Counted from the stretch's first letter, positions 9,481-20,383 are shown. The stretch is 32,000 nt of DNA from Candidatus Saccharimonadota bacterium (GCF_014251775.1 NZ_CP059199.1:360001-392000); one strand, 5' to 3'. Notes: generated from the letters alone by a model not told the origin. Numbers and translations are program-made.

Positions 9481-9963
9481 TTAAAACCTAAAATGCGAAA
9501 ATGCTTTATTAGCTTCAGCCATTTTATGAATATTTTCTTTTCTCCTTATAGATTCTCCTTGTTCTCGAAATGCATCCCAAACTTCAAGAGCTAATTTATT
9601 TGCCATTGTTTTTTCTTTTCTAGCTGTTGCACAGGTTATTAATAATTTTATAGCCCTTGTAATTTTACTATGATTTGATATTGGAACAGGAATTTGAATA
9701 TTAGTTCCTCCCATTCTCCGACTTCTCACTTCCACATGAGGAGTAACATTTTTTAATCCTTCTTTCCATATATCTAATGCGGATTTTTCCTCCTTTTCCT
9801 TTTCTCTAATTAAATCAATTTTTTTCATTGAATTATAAAATATTTTATATGCTAAACCTTTTTTTCCACTTTTAATTAAATGATTTACAAAACGTGTTAC
9901 AAGAGAATCATTAAATTTAGGATCAGGTTGATATTTCTTAATTTTTTTTTTTATCTTCCTCAT
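9481..9963 (-). CDS. rpsG: 30S ribosomal protein S7 (uS7)
   Basis: 160 aa with [14 protein letters not shown] and [16 protein letters not shown]. Its ATG overlaps the rpsL TGA stop (ATGA). Confidence 0.93.
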   Translation of the reverse strand: MRKIKKKIKKYQPDPKFNDSLVTRFVNHLIKSGKKGLAYKIFYNSMKKIDLIREKEKEEKSALDIWKEGLKNVTPHVEVRSRRMGGTNIQIPVPISNHSKITRAIKLLITCATARKEKTMANKLALEVWDAFREQGESIRRKENIHKMAEANKAFSHFRF

Positions 9964-10334
9964 TTATTTTTTATTTTGGTTCCATATTTACTCCTACTGT
10001 TTTTTCTCCCATCTACACCAGCTGTATCTCTAGCACCTCTTACTATCTTATATTTTACTCCAGGTAAATCTTTTACTCTTCCACCTTTAACCAATACAAT
10101 AGAATGTTCTTGTAAATTGTGCCCCTCACCTATTATATAACTAATAACCTCTTTTCCATTACTAAAACGAACTCTAGCTACTTTTCGCATAGCAGAATTA
10201 GGTTTTTTTGGCGTAGTTGTATAAACTCTAGTACATACCCCTCTTTTTTGTGGACAAAAATCTAAAGCAATAGATTTCCTTTTCTTAGGAAGAACAGTTC
10301 TACCTTTTCTAATTAATTGTTGTATAGTTGGCAT
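9960..10334 (-). CDS. rpsL: 30S ribosomal protein S12 (uS12)
   Basis: [12 protein letters not shown]...[15 protein letters not shown]...VRGARD. I chose the second Met (10334) because S12 proteins begin MPTIQQL. The ORF track starts 5 codons upstream at 10349. Confidence 0.93.
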   Translation of the reverse strand: MPTIQQLIRKGRTVLPKKRKSIALDFCPQKRGVCTRVYTTTPKKPNSAMRKVARVRFSNGKEVISYIIGEGHNLQEHSIVLVKGGRVKDLPGVKYKIVRGARDTAGVDGRKNSRSKYGTKIKNK

Positions 10335-10364
10335 AACAATAAAATTCAATTATTTTATTCACGT

Positions 10365-11177
10365 TTAAATATTAATTTTTTTATTTTGAAATAAAATATC
10401 TTCATCTGAAGATATTCCTAATTCCTTATAAATATAATTAAAAGTAGATAGAAGACAAGGTCCCCCATCAACTATAGCTACATTATGTTCATAATGAGCA
10501 GAATATTTTTTATCTAAAGTTGTAACAGTCCATCCATCTTTATGAAAGACTACATCAGAAGTTCCAATATTTATCATTGGTTCTATTGATAAAACTAAAC
10601 CTTCTTTTAACTTAAATCCTTTACCTGGTTTTCCAAAATTAGGAACTTGTGGAGATTCATGTATTTTTTTTCCAATACCATGTCCTACTAAATCTTTTAC
10701 TACAGAATAATTATGTTTTTCAACATGGGATTGAATGGAATATCCAATATCTCCTATAGTATTTCCTAATTTACATTGAGATATTCCTATATAAATAGAC
10801 TTTTTTGAACATGATAAAAATTTTTTTAATTCATCAGAAACTGTTCCAACTTCAAAAGTATAAGCATGATCACCATAAAAATTATTCATATATACACCAC
10901 AATCTACAGATAATATATCTCCATCATTTAAAATAATTTTATTAGGTAATCCATGAACTACCTGATAATTAGGAGATACACATAATGTATACGGATAATC
11001 ATACAATCCTAAAAAAGCGGGTTTTCCACCGTTATCATAAATAAATTCTCTAGCTAATTTATCTAAATATAATGTATTAATCCCTGGTTTTATTTCTTTT
11101 GCTAACATCCCTAGGGTTTTAGATGCTAGAATTGCACTTTTTTTTATTAGAATTATTTCCTCAATAGTTTTTATCAA
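10365..11177 (-). CDS. map: Methionine aminopeptidase type I
   Basis: 270 aa. The metal-ligand context is preserved (DCGVY...GDHAYTF, VGHGIG, LSIEP, HYEHNV). Confidence 0.9.
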   Translation of the reverse strand: MIKTIEEIILIKKSAILASKTLGMLAKEIKPGINTLYLDKLAREFIYDNGGKPAFLGLYDYPYTLCVSPNYQVVHGLPNKIILNDGDILSVDCGVYMNNFYGDHAYTFEVGTVSDELKKFLSCSKKSIYIGISQCKLGNTIGDIGYSIQSHVEKHNYSVVKDLVGHGIGKKIHESPQVPNFGKPGKGFKLKEGLVLSIEPMINIGTSDVVFHKDGWTVTTLDKKYSAHYEHNVAIVDGGPCLLSTFNYIYKELGISSDEDILFQNKKINI

Positions 11178-11233
11178 TATAAAATATAATTAATTGGTTA
11201 ATAGAGTAAACAAATATTTTTTTAAAAAAATAT

Positions 11234-12763
11234 TTATTTCATTATTTGTGGAATAGGTAGCTTCATCAATTCAAGAATTATTGGAGCTACATCAGATAGT
11301 GATCCACTATTTTTCATAGTTAAAAATTTATTTTTTATTAATTTATTATCATTTTCATCATCATTTAACAATATAAAAGGTACTAATGAATTACTATGTG
11401 TTGTATTAGGGGTTCCATCTACATTTATCATAAAATCAGCATTTCCATGATCTCCTACAATAACAACTTTATATAAATTATTTATAGCTTCATTAACGCA
11501 TAATTTTATGCATTTATCAACAAATTCACAAGCAATTATAGTCTTCTCCATATTTCCAGTATGTCCAACCATATCAGGATTTGCAAAATTAACGCAAAAA
11601 AAATCAAATTTTTTATTTTTCAATTCCAAAATTACTCTATTTGTAATTTCTTTTGCACTCATTTCTGGTTTTAAATCGTAAGTTTCTACTTTAGGTGATG
11701 GACATAAAATTCTTACTTCATTATCAAATGGTTTTTCTCTTCCTCCAGAAAAAAAGTAAGTAACATGAGGATATTTTTCCGTTTCTGCTATTCGAATTTG
11801 TTTTTTTCCTTCTTTTTCTAGAACATTGCCTAATGTATCAGGAATAATATCTTTTTTTAAAAGAGAAATAATATTTTTATATTTATCATTGAAACAAGTA
11901 ATAGTTAAATAATTATATAAATTAACTTTTTTTTTATTCAATAATTTCAAATCATTATAAATAAACAATTCTGTTATTTGTCTAGATCGATCTGGTCTAA
12001 AATTAAAACAAAATACTACATCTCCATTTTTTATTCTTGAAATAGGAATATTATTATCATCAACATTTATTAATGGGGGTAAAAATTCATCTGTTTTTCC
12101 TTGTTTATGATAATAATCTATGGATCTTAATATATTTTTAGTATAAATACCTTTCGAATTAACCATTGCATCATATGCTACTTTAGTTCTATTCCATTTT
12201 TTATCTCTATCCATAGAATAAAATCTACCAATTACAGAAGATAATTTTCCAACATATTTTTTAGTTATCTCCAAAAGTTTTTTTATATAAGAAATACTAT
12301 TTTTTATTCCAGAATCCCTTCCATCAGTAAAAACATGTATAAAAACATTTTTTAATCTATTTTCATAGGATAGTTTTAAAAAATAAAATAAATGATCCAT
12401 ATGCGAATGAACACCTCCATCAGAAAGAAGACCTATAAAATGAATTTTTCTATCCTGTTCCCTATAAATAGAGAATAACTTATTTAATTTTTTTTTAAAA
12501 ACATTATTTTTTATAGATTCATTAATTTTTTCTAAATTTTGAATAACTTTTCTTCCAGATCCTAAACTAATGTGTCCTACCTCAGAATTCCCCATTTGAT
12601 TATATGGCAATCCTACAAACGTACCAGAAGCGTTTAATTGAAAATTAGGATATTTTTTAATACAAAAATCTATAAATGGTGTGGATGCTCTTTCTATAGC
12701 AGAAATAGATTTATTTTTATTTATACCCCAACCATCCAATATTATTAACATTACTTTTTTCAT
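11234..12763 (-). CDS. gpmI: 2,3-bisphosphoglycerate-independent phosphoglycerate mutase
   Basis: 509 aa, MLIILDGWG...MGNSEVGHISLGSGR...ANPDMVGHTG...GDHGNAD. Confidence 0.93.
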   Translation of the reverse strand: MKKVMLIILDGWGINKNKSISAIERASTPFIDFCIKKYPNFQLNASGTFVGLPYNQMGNSEVGHISLGSGRKVIQNLEKINESIKNNVFKKKLNKLFSIYREQDRKIHFIGLLSDGGVHSHMDHLFYFLKLSYENRLKNVFIHVFTDGRDSGIKNSISYIKKLLEITKKYVGKLSSVIGRFYSMDRDKKWNRTKVAYDAMVNSKGIYTKNILRSIDYYHKQGKTDEFLPPLINVDDNNIPISRIKNGDVVFCFNFRPDRSRQITELFIYNDLKLLNKKKVNLYNYLTITCFNDKYKNIISLLKKDIIPDTLGNVLEKEGKKQIRIAETEKYPHVTYFFSGGREKPFDNEVRILCPSPKVETYDLKPEMSAKEITNRVILELKNKKFDFFCVNFANPDMVGHTGNMEKTIIACEFVDKCIKLCVNEAINNLYKVVIVGDHGNADFMINVDGTPNTTHSNSLVPFILLNDDENDNKLIKNKFLTMKNSGSLSDVAPIILELMKLPIPQIMK

Positions 12764-12765
12764 AT

Positions 12766-13581
12766 TTACATCAATACTCTTTTAAAAGAAAGAATATCTG
12801 AATTTTTACTATTTTCTTTTAAATAATCAAAAACTGTTATGTTATTATTTTTTATAAATTTTTGATTAAGAAGTGTATTCTCTAATATTAATTTTTTTAT
12901 TTTTCCTTTTATTATTTTATCTCTTAAATCTTTTGATTTATAGTATTGATTATTTTGTTGTTCAAAAACTTTTATTTCTTTTTTTAGAACAGATTTTGGA
13001 AAATCTTTTTCCGATATAGAAACAGGATTCATTCCTGCTACATGCATGGTAATATTTTTAGCTACTTTATAATCTAATTTTTTAGAAAATGCTACAATTG
13101 AAGCTAATTTGTTATTATTATGAGTATAACTCATGACAAATGGAGCTTCTACTTTCTCAAAAGTATTTAGATCTAATTTTTCTTTGAAAATACCTATTTT
13201 TTTATTTAAAATATTATTTACACTATCATTATTATGATATAAACTATTTAAAAATTCTTTTTTAGATGAATAAAAAAATGCTTTTTGAGATAAATCATTT
13301 AATAATTTTATAAATTCTGTACTTTTAGATAAAAAATCAGTTTCACAATTAATTCCAATAATTACTCCATAATTATTATTATTATCAACCTTAGCAATTA
13401 ATCCACCTTCTTTTGTTTCAAATTTTGATCGATTTAAAGCAATCTTTTCTCCTTTTTTTTTTAAAAAAAAAATTGCTTCTTCTATATTTCCGTTAGAATT
13501 TAATAATGCATTTTTACAATCAATTATTCCTACTCCAGTTAACTTTCTAAGTTTTTGAATTTCACTAATAGAAACTTTCAT
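12766..13581 (-). CDS. tsf: Elongation factor Ts
   Basis: 271 aa. N-terminal UBA-like region IQKLRKLTGVGIIDCKNAL, then NCETDFLSK. It lies downstream of rpsB. Confidence 0.9.
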   Translation of the reverse strand: MKVSISEIQKLRKLTGVGIIDCKNALLNSNGNIEEAIFFLKKKGEKIALNRSKFETKEGGLIAKVDNNNNYGVIIGINCETDFLSKSTEFIKLLNDLSQKAFFYSSKKEFLNSLYHNNDSVNNILNKKIGIFKEKLDLNTFEKVEAPFVMSYTHNNNKLASIVAFSKKLDYKVAKNITMHVAGMNPVSISEKDFPKSVLKKEIKVFEQQNNQYYKSKDLRDKIIKGKIKKLILENTLLNQKFIKNNNITVFDYLKENSKNSDILSFKRVLM

Positions 13582-13593
13582 AAAATTTTAATC

Positions 13594-14274
13594 TTAATTC
13601 TTTTTATTTTCTTTTATAAATTCTATGATATATTTTAATATAATATTGATAGATTTGGAAGAATCATCATTAGATGGAATAGGAAAATTAATATCTCTTG
13701 GATCAGTATTGGTATCTACCATAGCAAATATTGGAATTTTTAATTTTTTAGCTTCTGTTAAAGCAATTTTTTCTCTATTAGGATCTACTAAAAAAATTCC
13801 ATTAGGAATATGATTCATTGTGGAAATACTACCTAAATTTTTATAAAGTTTTGCATAAATTCTATTCATAAATAATCTTTCCTTTTTTGATAAAGTATCA
13901 AACGTTCCATTTTTTTTCATTTTTTCAATATTATTCATTTTTTTTATAGATTTCCGAATAGTACTGAAATTAGTTAATAATCCACCTAACCATCGTTCAG
14001 TTACACATGGCATATTTATACTTTTTGCATAAAAAAAAACTTTTTCTTTAGCCTGATCTTTCGTTCCAACTAACAAAACTTTTTTTCCATTTTTTATTAT
14101 ATCATTTAAACCTTTACATGCTTCTTTTAACTTTAAAATTGTTTTGGATAAATTTATAATATGGATTCCACTTTTTTTCATAAAAATAAAGGATTTCATA
14201 TTGGGATTCCATTTTCTAGTTATATGTCCTAAATGTACACCGGCTTTTAATAGTTCTTGAGTATTGATCTCCAT
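13594..14274 (-). CDS. rpsB: 30S ribosomal protein S2 (uS2)
   Basis: 226 aa, LLKAGVHLGH.TRKWNP.M...ERWLGGLLTNF...VDTNTDP. Confidence 0.93.
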   Translation of the reverse strand: MEINTQELLKAGVHLGHITRKWNPNMKSFIFMKKSGIHIINLSKTILKLKEACKGLNDIIKNGKKVLLVGTKDQAKEKVFFYAKSINMPCVTERWLGGLLTNFSTIRKSIKKMNNIEKMKKNGTFDTLSKKERLFMNRIYAKLYKNLGSISTMNHIPNGIFLVDPNREKIALTEAKKLKIPIFAMVDTNTDPRDINFPIPSNDDSSKSINIILKYIIEFIKENKKN

Positions 14275-14292
14275 AATAATATAAAAATAATA

Positions 14293-14673
14293 CTAACGTT
14301 TTGAAAATTGATATTTTTTTCTAGCTTTTTTTTGTCCATATTTTTTTCTTTCAACTTCTCTAGGATCGCGAGTCAATAACCCTTCATTTCTTAATTTTGC
14401 TGCATTGCTAGAATTAACTTTACAAAGTGCTCTAGATATAGCGAGACATATAGCTTCAGCTTGAGCACTAAATCCACCTCCGTTTACTCTAATTTTTATA
14501 TTAAATTTATCTTTTATTTCCAAAAATTTAATTGGATAAAATATTTTATGGTGAACATATTCTGGAAAATAATCTTCTAATTTTCTAGAGTTTACCGAAA
14601 TTATTCCATTTCCTATATTCATATAAATTCTAGCAATAGATCTTTTTCTTCTACCTATAGTATGATATATCAT
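14293..14673 (-). CDS. rpsI: 30S ribosomal protein S9 (uS9)
   Basis: 126 aa with GRRKRSIARI...VNGGG.SAQAEA...LTRDPREVERKKYGQKKARKKYQFSKR. Confidence 0.93.
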   Translation of the reverse strand: MIYHTIGRRKRSIARIYMNIGNGIISVNSRKLEDYFPEYVHHKIFYPIKFLEIKDKFNIKIRVNGGGFSAQAEAICLAISRALCKVNSSNAAKLRNEGLLTRDPREVERKKYGQKKARKKYQFSKR

Positions 14674-14692
14674 ATTATATTACATTTAATTT

Positions 14693-15136
14693 TTATTTTA
14701 ATAAAATAGGATTTTGAGCTAAATGTTTATGAAAAGAATCTTTATAAACATAAAGATTTTTTTTAAAAATTAATCGTCCTAAACGATTTTTTGGTAACAT
14801 TCTTTTTACTGCCTTATATATCAAAATTCTAGAATCTTTATTAAATAAATTTTTTACAAAAATTATTTTTTTACCTCCAGGATATCCTGTATAACTAATA
14901 TATTTTTTTGTATCCCATTTTTTTCCAGTAAGTTTTATATAATTAGAATTTATAACTATAACATAATCGCCACAATTTATATTCGGTGAATAATATGGTT
15001 TATTTTTCCCCATAATTATATAAGCTATTCTAGAAGAAAGTCGACCAAGAATCTGATTAGTTGCATCTAAAAGAACCCATGATTTTTTTACTAATTTTTT
15101 TTTAACTAAAGTAGTCTTAAAACTCAATGGATCCAT
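14693..15136 (-). CDS. rplM: 50S ribosomal protein L13 (uL13)
   Basis: 147 aa with WVLLDATNQILGRLSS.IA..IMGKNKP.Y.P...GDYV.VINS...TGKK...K.Y..YTGYPGG. Confidence 0.92.
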   Translation of the reverse strand: MDPLSFKTTLVKKKLVKKSWVLLDATNQILGRLSSRIAYIIMGKNKPYYSPNINCGDYVIVINSNYIKLTGKKWDTKKYISYTGYPGGKKIIFVKNLFNKDSRILIYKAVKRMLPKNRLGRLIFKKNLYVYKDSFHKHLAQNPILLK

Positions 15137-15344
15137 AAATTAAATATTTTTACTCTTTATCTTTTAAAGATAAGTATTTTTAAAAAAAAATAAAAAAAAT
15201 GACTTTTTGTCATAAAAAAAAAAATTTAACAATCATTTTTACTGTCATATATTATTAATTATATAGTTTTATTTAAATTATGGCATAATGATTGAAGATA
15301 CATTAAGTATAGTTAATTAAAATAAACCAATTTATTATAGAATC

Positions 15345-17261
15345 ATGAGTAAAATTATAGGTATAGATTTAGGAACAACGAATTCCTGTGTTGCTGTTAT
15401 GGAAGTTACAGATCCAGTAGTAATTCCTAATTCAGAAGGAAAAAGAACAACACCATCTATAGTAGCATTCGTAGATGGAGGTGAAAGAAAAATTGGAGAT
15501 CCTGCGAAAAGGCAATCTGTAACTAATCCACAAAAAACTATTTTTTCAATTAAAAGATTTATGGGAAGAAACTATTCAGAAATATCTGAAGAATTAAAAC
15601 ATATTCCTTATAAAATCATAAGAGGTGGAAATGATACGCCTAGAGTAGACATTGATAAAAGACTATATGCGCCTCAAGAAATATCTGCTATGATATTACA
15701 AAAAATGAAAAAAACTGCCGAAGATTACTTAGGGCAAGAAATAAAAAGAGCTGTTATTACTGTTCCTGCATATTTCAATGACGCTCAAAGACAGTCTACA
15801 AAAGAATCTGGAGAAATAGCTGGATTAAAAGTTGAAAGAATTATTAATGAACCTACTGCAGCAGCTCTAGCATATGGATTAGATAAAAGTAATCAAAATA
15901 AAAAAATAGTAGTATATGATTTAGGTGGTGGTACTTTTGATGTATCTATTCTAGAATTAGGTGATGGTGTTTTTGAGGTTCTTTCTACTAATGGAGATAC
16001 TCATTTAGGGGGAGATAATTTTGATCAAGTTATAATAGATTATCTTGCTAATTTTTTTAAGTCTAATGAAGGAGTAGATTTAAGAAAAGATCCGATGGCA
16101 TTACAACGTTTAAAAGAAGCATCTGAAAAAGCCAAAATTGAATTATCCTCATCAAATCAGACAGAAATAAATCTACCATATATTACAGCTACTGAATCTG
16201 GTCCAAAACATTTAGTAATTACTTTAACCCGATCAAAATTTGAACAACTTTCTGATAAATTAATTAAAAGATCTATCAACCCATGTTCTAAAGCTTTAAA
16301 AGATGCTAATTTAACTACTAACGATATCGATGAAGTAATTTTAGTAGGAGGTTCAACTAGGATTCCAAAAGTTCAAGACGAAGTAGAGAATTTTTTTAAA
16401 AAAACCCCTTCTAAAGGAGTTAATCCAGATGAAGTAGTTGCTATTGGAGCTGCAATCCAAGGCGGAGTACTAACTGGTGATGTTCAAGATGTTTTATTAT
16501 TAGATGTAACACCATTATCGTTAGGGATTGAAACATTAGGCGGAGTATATACCAAATTAATTGAATCTAATACTACAATTCCTACAAAAAAATCTGAAGT
16601 TTTCTCAACTGCAGCTGATAATCAATCTGCTGTTACTATTCGAGTTGGACAAGGTGAAAGACCTATGTTTAAAGATAATAAAGAAATTGGAAGATTTGAT
16701 TTAATAGATATTCCTCCTGCACCCAGAGGCGTACCACAAATAGAAGTTACATTTGATATAAATGCTAATGGTATATTAAGCGTTTCAGCAAAAGATAAAG
16801 GAACTGGAAAAAATCATTCTATTAGAATTGAAACATCTTCAGGATTAGATCAAAAAGAGATAGATAGAATGAAAAAAGAAGCAGAAATAAATGCCCAAAA
16901 AGATGAAAAAACCAAAAAAGAAATAGAAAAGTTAAATTTTGCAGATAACCATATTTTCCAATATGAAAAAAATATTAAAGATCATAAAGATAAATTATCA
17001 AAAGAAGATTTAAAAAATTTAAATGATTATCTAGATCAATTAAAAACTGCACGTTCTAAAAAAGAATTAGATTCTATTGATAATTGTATAAAAAAATTAA
17101 ATGAATTATGGATGAATTTATCTCAAAAGATATATAATACCACAAATAATTCAGAAAAATCTACTAATAATACTACAAATACTATAAATGATAAAAAACA
17201 AAAAAATGATAAAAAAGAAGAGGATAATGTACAAGATGTAGATTATGAAGAAGTAAAATAA
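15345..17261 (+). CDS. dnaK: Molecular chaperone DnaK (Hsp70)
   Basis: 638 aa, [40 protein letters not shown]-terminal DVDYEEVK. Confidence 0.98.
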   Translation: MSKIIGIDLGTTNSCVAVMEVTDPVVIPNSEGKRTTPSIVAFVDGGERKIGDPAKRQSVTNPQKTIFSIKRFMGRNYSEISEELKHIPYKIIRGGNDTPRVDIDKRLYAPQEISAMILQKMKKTAEDYLGQEIKRAVITVPAYFNDAQRQSTKESGEIAGLKVERIINEPTAAALAYGLDKSNQNKKIVVYDLGGGTFDVSILELGDGVFEVLSTNGDTHLGGDNFDQVIIDYLANFFKSNEGVDLRKDPMALQRLKEASEKAKIELSSSNQTEINLPYITATESGPKHLVITLTRSKFEQLSDKLIKRSINPCSKALKDANLTTNDIDEVILVGGSTRIPKVQDEVENFFKKTPSKGVNPDEVVAIGAAIQGGVLTGDVQDVLLLDVTPLSLGIETLGGVYTKLIESNTTIPTKKSEVFSTAADNQSAVTIRVGQGERPMFKDNKEIGRFDLIDIPPAPRGVPQIEVTFDINANGILSVSAKDKGTGKNHSIRIETSSGLDQKEIDRMKKEAEINAQKDEKTKKEIEKLNFADNHIFQYEKNIKDHKDKLSKEDLKNLNDYLDQLKTARSKKELDSIDNCIKKLNELWMNLSQKIYNTTNNSEKSTNNTTNTINDKKQKNDKKEEDNVQDVDYEEVK

Positions 17262-17289
17262 ATTAATAAAATAAAGAATAAAGGGAGTA

Positions 17290-17955
17290 TTATTTTGGAA
17301 TAATGGAAATTTCAGTTATTCCTCCTACAACTTTTTCTCCCTTTTTTATTAATAATTTAGAATTTAATGGTATAAAAATATCTAATCTAGATCCAAATTT
17401 AATAAAACCTAATTCTTCACCTTTTTTTACAACTGTATTTTTTTTTGCATAAAAACTAATACGACGGGCTAATAATCCAGCAATTTGTCTTAATAAAATT
17501 TTTTTTCTTTTATTTTTATCTATTATAACTATTGTGGTATGTTCATTTTCTAATGAAGATTTTTCTAACCAAGCTACATAATATTTTCCAGGATGATGTT
17601 TAACATAAACAATTTTTCCTGAAATAGGATATCTATTTACATGTACATCAAATAACGATAAAAAAATAGATATTTTAATACATTTTTTTTTTAAATATTC
17701 ATTTTCAAAAATATTTTTTATATCTAAAATTTTTCCATCAGCTGGAGAAACTAAAACATTAGTTTTACTATCATCTAAAAAATTTCTTTTAGGATTTCTA
17801 AAAAAATAAATAACAAATGAATAAAATATTGAACATAAAAAAACTATTGAATAAAAAACTTTTTTAGAAAATAAAAAAAAAACTAAGATTAATATTATTA
17901 TTATAAATATTAATATATAAATCAATAATGGTATTCCTTCTTTGTGTATCATCAT
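17290..17955 (-). CDS. psd: Phosphatidylserine decarboxylase proenzyme (short, membrane-anchored type)
   Basis: 221 aa. It has an N-terminal hydrophobic segment, SPADGKI, FDVHVNR, QIAGLLARRI and the FGSR self-cleavage motif. Confidence 0.88.
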   Translation of the reverse strand: MMIHKEGIPLLIYILIFIIIILILVFFLFSKKVFYSIVFLCSIFYSFVIYFFRNPKRNFLDDSKTNVLVSPADGKILDIKNIFENEYLKKKCIKISIFLSLFDVHVNRYPISGKIVYVKHHPGKYYVAWLEKSSLENEHTTIVIIDKNKRKKILLRQIAGLLARRISFYAKKNTVVKKGEELGFIKFGSRLDIFIPLNSKLLIKKGEKVVGGITEISIIPK

Positions 17956-18427
17956 AAATATAATTTAAGATCAATATGAAAACACTAATTATTACTATGA
18001 AAACAATAAAAAATTATAAAAATAGAACTATTTAATTTATCCAAAACTAAAATAAGAATTATTAAATATTATTATATAAAATTTATAAATAAAACATAAT
18101 AAATAAATAAGAAATAATATAAATCCAAATATCTACTAATTTGAATTATTTTTTTATTTACTTAACTCTTCAGAAAAAAAATTAATCATAGAAAAAATAT
18201 AAATATTAATTTAATTAAATATTATAATATTCAAATTCATCAAAAAGTTAATTCAATAAATAATAAAAAGATTAATTATTCTAAATCTAAAACATTTTTT
18301 CTCCATTAAAAATGGATAAAAAATTAAAATAATATATATAAATCCAAAAAAAAATAATCTATTTAAAAAAATTAGAATTTTTAATAATTTTTATCTATGT
18401 TTAAAATATTTAATCAATATATTTTTG
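17956..18427 (-). other. 472-bp ORF-free, extremely AT-rich spacer; possibly the eroded remnant of a membrane-protein gene (cdsA is the syntenic candidate)
   Basis: This is by far the longest non-coding gap in the window; most others are 2-70 bp and the next longest are 208-210 bp (15137-15344 and 24982-25191). The plus strand is A-rich, so the minus strand is T-rich. That matches the hydrophobic N-terminus of psd and differs from typical minus-strand genes here. Minus-strand frames give broken stretches such as GFIYIILIFYPFLMEKK and IFGFILFLIYLLCFIYKFYIIIF. No conserved motif is recognisable. Confidence 0.3.
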
Positions 18428-20383
18428 TTAATTATCTTCAAGAAGATCACCAATTTCATCAGGAAAATCACGTTTTCCAAAAATTTTTTCTAAATCATCC
18501 CTAAATAATACTTCTTTATCTAATAATTCATTGGCTAAAATGATTAGTTTCTTCTTATTATCATTTAATATTTTTTTTGCTCTTTCATATTGTTCCGTAA
18601 TCATTTTAAATATTTCTTCATCAATAATTTGAGCTGTTTTTTCACTATAAGGTTTTGAAAAACTAAATTCATCTTGTCCAGTAGAATCATAATAAGAAAT
18701 ATTTCCAATTCTATCATTTAAACCAAAAATAGCTATCATCGATTGTGCTTGTTTTGTTACTCTTTCTAAATCATTTAAAGCACCAGTAGAAACTGTTTTA
18801 AAAATAATTTCTTCAGCTGATCTTCCTGCTAATAATGAACAAATTTCATCTTTCATTTGTTCTGGAGTTGTTAGTTGTCTTTCTTCAGGAAGATACCATG
18901 CAGATCCTAAAGATCGACCTCTAGGAACTATAGTAACTTTTACCAAAGGAGAAGCATGTTCTAATAACCAACTAATAGCTGCATGTCCAGCTTCATGATA
19001 AGCTATTCTCCTTTTTTCATTGGGTTTTATTATTTTATTTTTTTTCTCCAATCCACCTATTATACGATCTATTGCATCTAAAAAATCTTGATTTCTTATT
19101 TTATTTCTATTTTTTCTTGCTGCAATAAGAGCAGATTCATTACAAACATTAGCTATATCTGCACCACTAAAACCAGGAGTTTGTCTAGCTAAAAAATTAA
19201 TATCTATATTTTTAGATAAAACTAATTTTTTTAAATGAACACGAAATATTTCTTTTCTTTCACTTAATTCTGGGGGATCTACCAAAATAGTTCTATCAAA
19301 TCGTCCTGGACGCAATAATGCTTTATCTAAAATATCTGAACGATTGGTAGCAGCTAATACGATAACATTAGTTTGTGTTTCAAAACCATCCATCTCAGTT
19401 AACAATTGATTCAATGTATTTTCCCTTTCGTCATTAGATCCAGCTATACTGCTTTTTCCCCTAGCTCTTCCTATTGCATCAATTTCATCTATAAATATTA
19501 TACATGGACATTTTTCTTTGGCTTTTTCAAATAAATCTCTTACTCTTGACGCACCTACTCCTACAAACATTTCTACAAAATCCGATCCAGATAAAGAAAA
19601 AAATGGAACTTTTGCTTCACCAGCTACTGCTTTTGCTAATAAAGTTTTTCCAGTTCCTGGAGGACCAATTAACAATGCTCCTTTAGGAATTTTTCCTCCA
19701 AGTTTTGTATACCTATTATGATTTTTTAAAAAATCTACAATTTCTTGAACTTCTTCTTTAGCTCCTTCTAAACCAGCAACATCTTTAAATGTTATTTTTA
19801 TATCATCATTTTCATCAAATAATCTAGCTTTAGATTTTCCAATATTAAATATTTGACTTCCTGGACCACTACCAGTAGGACTTATTCTTCTAAAAATAAA
19901 AATCCAAAATATTATTAATAATAAAAAGAAAATTCCATAATCTAAAAGAAACTTAGTAAGTGTATATTCTTGTTGATTTTTAAAATCAATTAGAGTATCT
20001 AAATCATATTTAGTCTTTAATTTTTCAAATTTTCTTTGAAAAAATTGCAAATCTCCTATTTCAAATTCATATTGTAATGGTTTTTGTTGTATTAAAAATA
20101 TTTTTTTTTCATTTTCATTAAACCAGTTATTTTTATGATTTTTATCTTTTATTATTAAATCATTATTAAATTCTTTTTTTAGAAAAACATGAACAATTTC
20201 TTTGTGTTTGACAATAATTTTTTCTACTTTTCCTTTTGATAAAATTTCAAAAAATGTATCCTGATCTATTTTTTTAGGATTAGAAAAAAAAGATTTTAAA
20301 AAAAATATTCCCAAAAATATAGCAAGTATAACAGCATAAATCCAAAAAAAGTTATTTCTATTTTTTGCTTTTTTATTTATCAT
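18428..20383 (-). CDS. ftsH: ATP-dependent zinc metalloprotease FtsH
   Basis: 651 aa with two TM segments, Walker A GPPGTGKT, Walker B IIFIDEID, the SRH region and the zinc motif HEAGHA. Confidence 0.97.
   Translation of the reverse strand: MINKKAKNRNNFFWIYAVILAIFLGIFFLKSFFSNPKKIDQDTFFEILSKGKVEKIIVKHKEIVHVFLKKEFNNDLIIKDKNHKNNWFNENEKKIFLIQQKPLQYEFEIGDLQFFQRKFEKLKTKYDLDTLIDFKNQQEYTLTKFLLDYGIFFLLLIIFWIFIFRRISPTGSGPGSQIFNIGKSKARLFDENDDIKITFKDVAGLEGAKEEVQEIVDFLKNHNRYTKLGGKIPKGALLIGPPGTGKTLLAKAVAGEAKVPFFSLSGSDFVEMFVGVGASRVRDLFEKAKEKCPCIIFIDEIDAIGRARGKSSIAGSNDERENTLNQLLTEMDGFETQTNVIVLAATNRSDILDKALLRPGRFDRTILVDPPELSERKEIFRVHLKKLVLSKNIDINFLARQTPGFSGADIANVCNESALIAARKNRNKIRNQDFLDAIDRIIGGLEKKNKIIKPNEKRRIAYHEAGHAAISWLLEHASPLVKVTIVPRGRSLGSAWYLPEERQLTTPEQMKDEICSLLAGRSAEEIIFKTVSTGALNDLERVTKQAQSMIAIFGLNDRIGNISYYDSTGQDEFSFSKPYSEKTAQIIDEEIFKMITEQYERAKKILNDNKKKLIILANELLDKEVLFRDDLEKIFGKRDFPDEIGDLLEDN

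Noticed and set aside
9960-9963. Possible alternative genetic code (UGA read as Trp), as in some tiny symbiont genomes
   Set aside because: rpsL ends at its normal length on TGA, overlapping the rpsG ATG (ATGA). All conserved proteins reach expected lengths with standard stops, so code 11 fits.
10335-10349. Upstream Met start for rpsL (MNFIV extension)
   Set aside because: S12 proteins begin MPTIQQL. The five extra codons have no counterpart, so the second ATG at 10334 is preferred.
15157-15173. 17-bp palindrome TTATCTTT-T-AAAGATAA in the rplM/dnaK divergent spacer, as a possible operator
   Set aside because: A rough estimate from base composition suggests that several 8-bp-arm AT palindromes are expected by chance in 32 kb. 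It does not resemble CIRCE or any operator I know.
15199-15213. ATGAC-TTTTT-GTCAT hairpin flanked by long A runs, as a possible terminator or regulator
   Set aside because: No gene ends here, because both neighbours start here. The stem is only 5 bp, so a terminator role is unsupported. It could be a binding site, but there is no evidence.
15137-15344. Heat-shock regulation of dnaK (CIRCE element or sigma-32 promoter)
   Set aside because: There is no TTAGCACTC-N9-GAGTGCTAA-like sequence. TTGAAG near 15291 lacks a credible CCCCAT-type -10 partner. There is also no exact TAnnTTTG box; TAGTTTTA is only a near match.
17976-18035. 19-codon plus-strand mini-ORF (MKTLIITMKTIKNYKNRTI) with a duplicated ATGAAAACA inside the ftsH-psd spacer
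   Set aside because: It is too short and too low in complexity to distinguish from chance in A-rich DNA. It has no ribosome-binding context or conservation evidence.
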